Assembly: GCA_944331915.1 (NCBI GenBank)
Contig: CALVIR010000005.1
Coordinates: forward strand, 1 to 55,467
Length of the DNA: 55,467 bases
Source: an uncultured Bacilli bacterium
GTDB lineage: Bacteria; Bacillota_I; Bacilli_A; RF39; UBA660
Direction of reading: 5' to 3'
Under the pieces are notes generated by a model. It was not told the DNA's origin, ran no database searches, and saw only the letters and a program-made list of their open reading frames with translations. Position 1 is the first letter of the stretch. Every line of letters starts with the position of its first letter. Position numbers and translations under genes: made by a program. Below are positions 49,286 through 55,467 of this stretch, piece by piece.

Positions 49286-49524
49286 GTTAAACATTAGTTA
49301 AAATGTCACCGATTTTATAGTATAATTTCTTTATAATTCCTCATTGACAACAGGGACCCAGTAAAAACTCTTTTGAAGTGCGTAATATCTTAAAAATAAG
49401 ATATTACAGCAAGTATGACGAGTTATTACTGCCTATTATCAATGATTTGCTTATAAAGAAATTATAAAACTTAGTGGTGACATTTTAACTAAAGATATGG
49501 TGACATTTTAAAAAAGGATTAACA
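49286..49524. mobile_element. 239-bp MITE-like palindromic repeat element
   Basis: Imperfect terminal inverted arms run from 49286 to about 49340 and from 49448 to 49524; the left arm lacks one 23-bp unit. The element is flanked by the 17-bp direct repeat AATTATAAAACAATATT (49269-49285 and 49525-49541). The centre holds an 11-bp perfect hairpin, GTAATATCTTA aaaa TAAGATATTAC (49382-49407). The right arm recurs at 55391-55467. Confidence 0.55.
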
Positions 49525-49540
49525 AATTATAAAACAATAT

Positions 49541-49569
49541 TTGACTTAAAGCCCTTTTTCTGATATATA
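49541..49569 (+). promoter_or_regulatory. Promoter of the T-box/tyrS operon
   Basis: TTGACT (49541-49546), 17-nt spacer, TATATA/TATAAT (from 49564). Confidence 0.45.
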
Positions 49570-49579
49570 TAATATATGT

Positions 49580-49785
49580 TTTCGATGAATTCTAACAGTA
49601 GAAATATATACTTTTTGGTAGAGACTTAGTGGTTGGTGAAAACTAAGATGGTTATATTTTGAAATTACATAGAGGGAGAAAAAACGTGACTTAAGCGTTA
49701 ATTAGAGTTTGAGTGCATAGTTTCTATGAAATAAGGTGGTACCACGGAATAATTTCGTCCTTATCTTATAGAAACTTTTTTGTTT
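49580..49785 (+). promoter_or_regulatory. T-box riboswitch leader, tyrosine specifier (UAC)
   Basis: A stem I AGAGA-type element, the specifier-loop context GAAATTACAT with TAC at 49666-49668, the conserved T-box AAATAAGGTGGTACCACGG (49729-49747) and the terminator TTTCTAT...ATAGAAAC followed by TTTTTT. Confidence 0.85.
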
Positions 49786-49840
49786 ATATTGGACAAATAT
49801 GCGTTATAATAGAGAAAGATAGACTTTATAGGGAGGTATT

Positions 49841-50269
49841 ATGACATTAACAGAATTGTATGATGCAAAAAGACAAGAATATGTAGATACTGGTAAAAAA
49901 GAGGAACCAAGTAAGTTACTTGCTCTTCTTCTATTAGAGAAAAAAGAAGAGTTTTTACCTTTAGAGGTAGAAGAAGGTAAATTCTATCATTACTATCAAG
50001 AAATAATCGATAAGAATATTGACAAAGTAACTGCTGATTTTCAATTTAGTGATGATGATTATAAAAAAACGATTACAGAAAATCTTGGATACTTCGAAGA
50101 GAACTCTTTTGAAGAAGATAAACTTTGGCAAGTATTTGGAGAAGGAATTGGAGCTTTACATTGGGGATTAATGTATATGACTGATAAAACAGGAATAGAT
50201 ATATACTCATATTACTTTGATGAAAATATTCTTTTAAATAAAGTTAAAAAAATAGGAGGGATAAAATGA
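49841..50269 (+). CDS. Hypothetical acidic protein, first gene of the T-box-controlled operon
   Basis: 142 aa with a GGGAGG RBS. Its stop overlaps the tyrS start (ATGA). Confidence 0.55.
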   Translation: MTLTELYDAKRQEYVDTGKKEEPSKLLALLLLEKKEEFLPLEVEEGKFYHYYQEIIDKNIDKVTADFQFSDDDYKKTITENLGYFEENSFEEDKLWQVFGEGIGALHWGLMYMTDKTGIDIYSYYFDENILLNKVKKIGGIK

Positions 50270-51528
50270 CATTATATGAAGAATTAAAATGGAGAGGACT
50301 TATTAAAGATATATCAAGTGAAGAACTTATTGATAAACTAAATCAAGGTGGACTTACCTTTTACATAGGTACAGATCCAACAGCAGATAGTTTACATATT
50401 GGACACTTTTCATCATTTCTTATCGCGAGACGATTAAAAGAAGCGGGACATCATCCTATTCTTTTGGTAGGAGGAGCGACAGGACTTATTGGAGATCCTA
50501 GACCAACTAGTGAAAGACCAATGATATCTAAAGAGACCTTGAATCATAATTATCAATGTCTTAAAGAACAAGCGGAAAAGATATTTGCAAGAGGAGATAA
50601 AGACTTTAAAGTTGTTAATAACTATGATTGGACGAAAGGTATTAATGTAATTGACTTTTTAAGAGATTATGGTAAGTACTTTAATATTAACTATATGCTT
50701 GATAAAGATATTGTTAAAAGAAGATTAGATACAGGTATTACTTATGCAGAATTTTCTTATATGATTTTACAGTCTTTAGACTTTTTACATCTTAATCAAG
50801 CTTTTGAATGTACTTTACAAGTAGCTGGACAAGATCAATGGGGAAATATTACAGCAGGGATTGACTTAATTAGAAAGAAAACAGGTAAAGAGGTTTATGG
50901 CTTTACAATGCCTCTTTTGACAAAAGCTGATGGAACTAAATTTGGAAAAAGTGAAGGCGGTGCGATTTGGCTTGATAGGAATAAAACTACTCCTTATGAA
51001 ATGTATCAATTCTTAATTAATTCAGAAGATGAAAAAGTAATTGATTACTTAAAATTTCTAACCTTCCTATCAGTAGAGGAAATAAAAGATATTGAAGAAC
51101 AGCAAAAAGCTAATCCAGAAGCAAGAATTGCTCATAAGACTCTAGCTCGTGAAGTAATTACCTTTATCCATGGGAAAGATGCTTATGAAGAAGCGTTAAA
51201 GATTAGCGAATCACTATTTAAGGGAAATATAAAGGAACTATCTAGTGAACAAATAGAAATGGCTTTTAAGGGGTTAGATAAGATTACTATAAATAAAGAT
51301 ATGAATATTGTAGATTTCTTAGTAGAATGTAATATCTGTAGTAGTAAAAGAGAAGCGAGAGAGTTTGTTACTAATAATAGTATTAGTATTAATGGGGATA
51401 AGGTTAATAGTGTAGACTTTGTAGTTAGTAAAGATAAAACTATAGATGATAAATACTTAGTTGTAAGAAGAGGAAAGAAAAAATACTTTATTGTATGTTA
51501 TGGAGGTAGTGATGAAGAAGAAAGATAA
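50266..51528 (+). CDS. tyrS: Tyrosine--tRNA ligase
   Basis: The HIGH motif (DSLHIGH), the KMSKS variant KFGKS and a C-terminal S4-like domain. 420 aa. Confidence 0.93.
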   Translation: MTLYEELKWRGLIKDISSEELIDKLNQGGLTFYIGTDPTADSLHIGHFSSFLIARRLKEAGHHPILLVGGATGLIGDPRPTSERPMISKETLNHNYQCLKEQAEKIFARGDKDFKVVNNYDWTKGINVIDFLRDYGKYFNINYMLDKDIVKRRLDTGITYAEFSYMILQSLDFLHLNQAFECTLQVAGQDQWGNITAGIDLIRKKTGKEVYGFTMPLLTKADGTKFGKSEGGAIWLDRNKTTPYEMYQFLINSEDEKVIDYLKFLTFLSVEEIKDIEEQQKANPEARIAHKTLAREVITFIHGKDAYEEALKISESLFKGNIKELSSEQIEMAFKGLDKITINKDMNIVDFLVECNICSSKREAREFVTNNSISINGDKVNSVDFVVSKDKTIDDKYLVVRRGKKKYFIVCYGGSDEEER

Positions 51529-52810
51529 TAAGAAGAAACTTAGCTTGGAACAAAAGAAAATTGTAAAATGGTTAAGAGTTATTATCATCTTGTGTATTAC
51601 GATAATAGTATTAGAATTAGGATATTTAGGAATTAATATTTACCTTAATAGTAAAAGTATTAGGTATGCTGATACATTAAATGACTTTAAACAGATTGAT
51701 GATTATTATGTAGTTGCAGGTAGTAGTGATTTTAAGAATAGTAAATTTAATGATTATGAAAAAGAATATATGAAAGCTAAGATAGCAAAATATAATAGTG
51801 ATTTTGAAATAGAGTTTGAAAGTGCTTATACAAAGGGATATAGTTCATTCTTTAATTATGTTACTGATTATGATGATGGTTTTATTGCTGTAGGGGGAGC
51901 TCAATATAGTGAACAACAAGTTAGTGATAATGCTACTGATGGGTTAATTGTATTATATGATAAAGATGGTAAACAAATAGATTCTAAGTCTGTACAAATA
52001 GCAGGTGATACTTCATTTAGTAAAGTTTTAGTTGTTGATGATGGCTTTATTGTTATTGGTCAAAGTATATTGCAAAATATGGTGCTTGGTACTGATCCTA
52101 ATGGAGGAGCAGTAATCATTAAATATGATTTTGATCTTAATGAAATGTGGAGAGCTAACTATGGAGGTAGTAAGTCAGCTAACTTTACAGATGCTATTAT
52201 AAGTGATGATTATTTATACTTGGTTGGTAAAGATGCTACAAGATATGGTATTATTGCTAAATATACTTTAGATGGAGAAGCTGTTTTTACAAAGAGTTAT
52301 AGCTATACAGACACAGTTGGTTTTAGTTCAATCGTAAAAATAGGTGACTATTTCTATGTAGCAGGAGCTAAGACAACTAATATTGATGCAGAAGACAAGG
52401 ATAAAGTCACAGAAGCATTAATAGTTAAATATGATAGTGATGGTAATAAGGTTGATGAGGTAACACTTGCTTATAATAAGGCCGCAAGATTTAATAAGAT
52501 AGCTATAGATGATGGCGAACTTGTAGCAGTAGGTCATACTTATAAAAAAGATGAAGATGAGTCTACTGATACATATAATGTCTTTAGATATAGTGGTATT
52601 ATTGCTAAATATGATCAGGATTTAGAACTTATAGAAGAGAAAGAAGAAAAAGGTAGTAGAGATACTTACTTTAGTTCAATCTTAGTTAATGATGATGGTT
52701 ACCTTATTGGAGGACAAACATCTTCAAAAGAATTAGGAGGAAATAATAAAGATTTTAGAGTTTATTTCTTACAATATAATAAAGACTTAGAGATGGAATG
52801 GTATGAATAA
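51512..52810 (+). CDS. Membrane-anchored repeat protein (beta-propeller-like)
   Basis: An ATG behind a GGAGG RBS and a TM helix. At least six recurrences of a DDG(F/Y)(I/L)xxG(x) blade-like motif follow (DDGFIAVGG, DDGFIVIGQ, DDYLYLVGK, GDYFYVAGA, DDGELVAVGH, DDGYLIGGQ). Confidence 0.6.
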   Translation: MKKKDNKKKLSLEQKKIVKWLRVIIILCITIIVLELGYLGINIYLNSKSIRYADTLNDFKQIDDYYVVAGSSDFKNSKFNDYEKEYMKAKIAKYNSDFEIEFESAYTKGYSSFFNYVTDYDDGFIAVGGAQYSEQQVSDNATDGLIVLYDKDGKQIDSKSVQIAGDTSFSKVLVVDDGFIVIGQSILQNMVLGTDPNGGAVIIKYDFDLNEMWRANYGGSKSANFTDAIISDDYLYLVGKDATRYGIIAKYTLDGEAVFTKSYSYTDTVGFSSIVKIGDYFYVAGAKTTNIDAEDKDKVTEALIVKYDSDGNKVDEVTLAYNKAARFNKIAIDDGELVAVGHTYKKDEDESTDTYNVFRYSGIIAKYDQDLELIEEKEEKGSRDTYFSSILVNDDGYLIGGQTSSKELGGNNKDFRVYFLQYNKDLEMEWYE

Positions 52811-53163
52811 TGTTATATTTAAGAGAAAGCTTTAAAGAAGATAAAGATTTTGAAGGAAAAAATAATCCTCCTCTTAGTGAGGAGGGAGTACAAGTTGGAA
52901 AGAGGATAAAATTAAAAATAAGTGAAATTAAGTTTGATAAATGTTACAGCCCCTTTCTTTTAAAAGACTTTTCTAGTGCCCTTATTTTAGTGGGAGATAG
53001 GTTGGTAGTAGAGAGGACTCATAGTCTTGATAAAATAGATAAAAATTTGGTTATTGACTTTGTTAAAGGGTTAGATTTAGATAAAAATATCTTAATTGTG
53101 GCTAGTAAAGAGATAATTTTAATAATTAAAGAAAAGTTTGAGGGTGAGGTTGATGAAATATAA
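52810..53163 (+). CDS. Short histidine-phosphatase-like protein with a degenerate catalytic motif
   Basis: LYLRES...NNPPLSEEGVQVGKRI resembles the RHG...D.PL(S/T)E.G..QA start of the phosphoglycerate-mutase superfamily, but RHG is replaced by RES. Only 117 aa. Confidence 0.45.
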   Translation: MLYLRESFKEDKDFEGKNNPPLSEEGVQVGKRIKLKISEIKFDKCYSPFLLKDFSSALILVGDRLVVERTHSLDKIDKNLVIDFVKGLDLDKNILIVASKEIILIIKEKFEGEVDEI

Positions 53164-54577
53164 AAATATAGTTTTAAATGATAATAAGATATATCAATAT
53201 AGTTTAGTAAAATATGAAAGAGAACGTTGGTATATTTTTGATTCTTTAAAAAATCTTAATGGGGATTTACTGAGAATAGTTAGAGAAAGTTCTATATTAT
53301 ATTCTGAAAATAGTGATTATCAAGCTTATATGTTGGTAAGAGGTAAAATCATTGGTGTTGGAGTTGTTATAATTGATACAAGTTGTGATGAGAAAGATTT
53401 AGAGGTTTTAGTGCAATTAGATGAAGAACAATTTAGAGCAAAAAAAGATATGATGGAGATGATTGATCAATTAATAGATTCTTTAGCTTTATACTGTTAT
53501 GATAAAGAAAATATTGTGGTGGATTTAAGAAATGATCTTGATTTGGAAAAATATAATGAGTCTAAATATACAAGAGAGGTTTTATTTCCTTCTAGCTCTA
53601 CTTTTAAGAGGAGTAACAACTATTATAATACTCTATTACCATTACTTATTAGAGAAATGAAGGATACACATGATGTTCTTACTATTTGGAGACAATCATG
53701 GCGACAGCAAGAGTTAGAGTTTGTTCCTAATATAGACTTAGATGATAGTATTAATAAACATATACCGTATGAAGAGATATTTAATAAAGCTTTAGCGGTT
53801 AAGTGGAGTAATAATTTTCATAATGTGATTAGAGAAATAACTTTTAATATTAATGGAGATATTAGTTTATCTAAGTTTTCTAAGTTTTTTGATATTTATA
53901 GAGGCTTTATTTATGAAGGTAATTCCTCTAATACTAAGATTGATAGTTCTAAGTATGAATTTAATTATAATCTTTTAAATAGTGGTTTTCAGTTTAAGAG
54001 TGACTTGTTTTCTTTAGATGACAATAGATTTTTTACAGAGATAAAGGCTCGTGATTTAGAAATAATGAAATTGAAAAAAGATAATAGTATTAAAATTACT
54101 TATAAGAGTGATGTTATTGATAATTCTTCTTTAACTAGTGATATTTATTTAGATAGTAATAATGAGATAGAGAAATGTTATATTGATTTTATGACTCATA
54201 AAAATAATGGAAAAGTTAATGGTGATTATATTCTTAGAATAGAGGATGGAACATATTCTTTTGCTTTTGCAAGTAGAAAAGGAGATATTTATAATTATAT
54301 AAATGATGCGAGTTATATTGATGATGATTTTTCTCTTGCTACATTAGATAATAGAGTTAGTGGTTTTATTAATGATATTAATGAAATCTATTGTGAGAAT
54401 GAAAGATATATTTCTCCAAAGTTACATATTCCTAATTTGGGAGATGCTACTAAATATGTAGTTGATACAATTAAACAGATAAAAGAGGAGATACCACTAC
54501 CTTATTTAAGTGAACAAGTTAATAGTTTTATTAGTGAAAATGAGTTAAGAATGGGTAAAGTAAAAAAACTGCAGTGA
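53153..54577 (+). CDS. Hypothetical protein
   Basis: Long ORF (about 474 aa from the ATG at 53153, behind GAGGGTGAGG). No motif recognised. Confidence 0.55.
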   Translation: MKYKNIVLNDNKIYQYSLVKYERERWYIFDSLKNLNGDLLRIVRESSILYSENSDYQAYMLVRGKIIGVGVVIIDTSCDEKDLEVLVQLDEEQFRAKKDMMEMIDQLIDSLALYCYDKENIVVDLRNDLDLEKYNESKYTREVLFPSSSTFKRSNNYYNTLLPLLIREMKDTHDVLTIWRQSWRQQELEFVPNIDLDDSINKHIPYEEIFNKALAVKWSNNFHNVIREITFNINGDISLSKFSKFFDIYRGFIYEGNSSNTKIDSSKYEFNYNLLNSGFQFKSDLFSLDDNRFFTEIKARDLEIMKLKKDNSIKITYKSDVIDNSSLTSDIYLDSNNEIEKCYIDFMTHKNNGKVNGDYILRIEDGTYSFAFASRKGDIYNYINDASYIDDDFSLATLDNRVSGFINDINEIYCENERYISPKLHIPNLGDATKYVVDTIKQIKEEIPLPYLSEQVNSFISENELRMGKVKKLQ

Positions 54578-54585
54578 GCAGTTTT

Positions 54586-55188
54586 TTATTTGTTATAGAA
54601 TTCAACAATTAGAGATTCGTTGATATCCATATTAAGTTCATTTCTTTCAGGATATCTTACATAAGTACCTTCTTTTTTGTTGTCATCAAAAGTTACATAT
54701 TCTACACGTTTAGTAACTTTAGTTAAGGCTTCGTTAGCTGCTTTATGATCTTTAGAGTTTTCTTTTAAAGCAATAACACTACCTGGTTTAACACGGTATG
54801 AAGGAATGTCAACTTTTTTACCATTTACAGTAATATGTCCATGGTTTACAAGTTGTCTAGCTCCACGACGAGTAGTAGCAAAGCCCATACGATATACTAA
54901 GTTGTCTAAACGAGATTCTAGTAAGATCAAGAAATTAGTACCATGTACACCTGGTAATTTACCAGCTTCTTTGAAAGTCTTTTTGAATTGTCTTTCATTA
55001 ATTCCATACATGAAACGTAATTTTTGTTTTTCTTTTAATTGAACACCATAATCACTTGGTTTACCATGTCTAGCATTACCATGTTGTCCTGGTCCATAAG
55101 GTCTTTTAGCAAGTTCCTTACCTGTTTCTGTTAAAGAAAAACCAAATTGTCTTGATTTTCTGTAACTAGGTCCTGTATATCTAGCCAT
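54586..55188 (-). CDS. rpsD: 30S ribosomal protein S4
   Basis: The [17 protein letters not shown]-terminus and the S4 RNA-binding domain [30 protein letters not shown]. Confidence 0.95.
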   Translation of the reverse strand: MARYTGPSYRKSRQFGFSLTETGKELAKRPYGPGQHGNARHGKPSDYGVQLKEKQKLRFMYGINERQFKKTFKEAGKLPGVHGTNFLILLESRLDNLVYRMGFATTRRGARQLVNHGHITVNGKKVDIPSYRVKPGSVIALKENSKDHKAANEALTKVTKRVEYVTFDDNKKEGTYVRYPERNELNMDINESLIVEFYNK

Positions 55189-55347
55189 TTTCTTACTCCT
55201 TTCTTTATATTTGCATCTCTTGATTAATTGCTTTCACCATTTACTTAGGGAGTCTTTATTTCGCTTTACAGCATGAAAGTTACTGTTAATTTAAAAGACA
55301 CATTAAGTAAAGTAAAGCATTGCTGTATCAAGTTAATATGCTCTAAT

Positions 55348-55376
55348 ATCATAGTATGAATAAGAGTTTTTGTCAA
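55348..55376 (-). promoter_or_regulatory. rpsD promoter
   Basis: On the minus strand: TTGACA (55376-55371), 17-nt spacer, TATGAT (55353-55348). A leader of about 150 nt follows, which may be an S4 autoregulatory leader. Confidence 0.5.
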
Positions 55377-55390
55377 GGGGCAAAAAAAAG

Positions 55391-55467
55391 TGTTAATCCT
55401 TTTTTAAAATGTCACCATATCTTTAGTTAAAATGTCACCACTAAGTTTTATAATTTCTTTATAAGCA
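55391..55467 (-). repeat. 77-bp perfect inverted copy of the MITE-like element arm, truncated by the window edge
   Basis: The reverse complement of 55391-55467 is identical to 49448-49524 by manual base-by-base comparison. Confidence 0.85.

Noticed and set aside
1-55467. Possibility of Mollicutes genetic code 4 (TGA = Trp), given the Mollicutes-like tmRNA tag and CIRCE-clpB
   Set aside because: Several confident genes terminate at TGA directly before the next RBS and start, for example 2919..3434. Trp is encoded by TGG in conserved motifs, and all housekeeping ORFs are full length under code 11.

Overview
Low-GC (about 30% by eye) Firmicute chromosomal segment using the standard bacterial code (TGA terminates long ORFs, Trp is TGG). 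The lineage looks Erysipelotrichia-like or Mollicutes-related: the tmRNA tag ends ...NTELAFA, a clpB lacking the N-domain sits behind a CIRCE operator, and CotF-type spore-coat genes are present. Most of the window is housekeeping: ssrA, rnr, a MacB-like ABC transporter, tRNA-Thr, cdaA-cdaR, an S41 protease, clpB, an ArsR/P-type ATPase pair, tmk-like, fhs, corA, a radical SAM gene, patatin, a VanY-like peptidase, GH31, an SDR, two EcfA-like ATPases, truA, murI, tdk, T-box-tyrS and rpsD. The accessory or unusual content is as follows. (1) The last ~117 nt of a surface-protein gene (39824..41692) are GC-rich and adenine-depleted, use NNY codons and encode a C-type-lectin/FGE-like scaffold. This looks like a diversity-generating-retroelement (DGR) variable region, yet I see no reverse transcriptase or template repeat in the window. 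(2) A ~1.9 kb insertion at the 3' end of a lipoprotein gene is bounded by 26-bp direct repeats. It carries a TnpB N-terminal stub, a truncated Fic gene, an intact RhuM gene and decayed partial copies of the lipoprotein gene. (3) A 239-bp MITE-like palindromic element has a 77-bp arm that recurs perfectly, inverted, at the window edge. The two copies bracket the 5.9 kb tyrS-to-rpsD segment and place a GGTGACATTTTAA motif upstream of three promoters. (4) A thioester-adhesin/sortase pair is present. (5) Two catalytically degenerate EcfA-like ATPases have no EcfT. All calls come from reading the sequence and ORF translations only; no searches were run.
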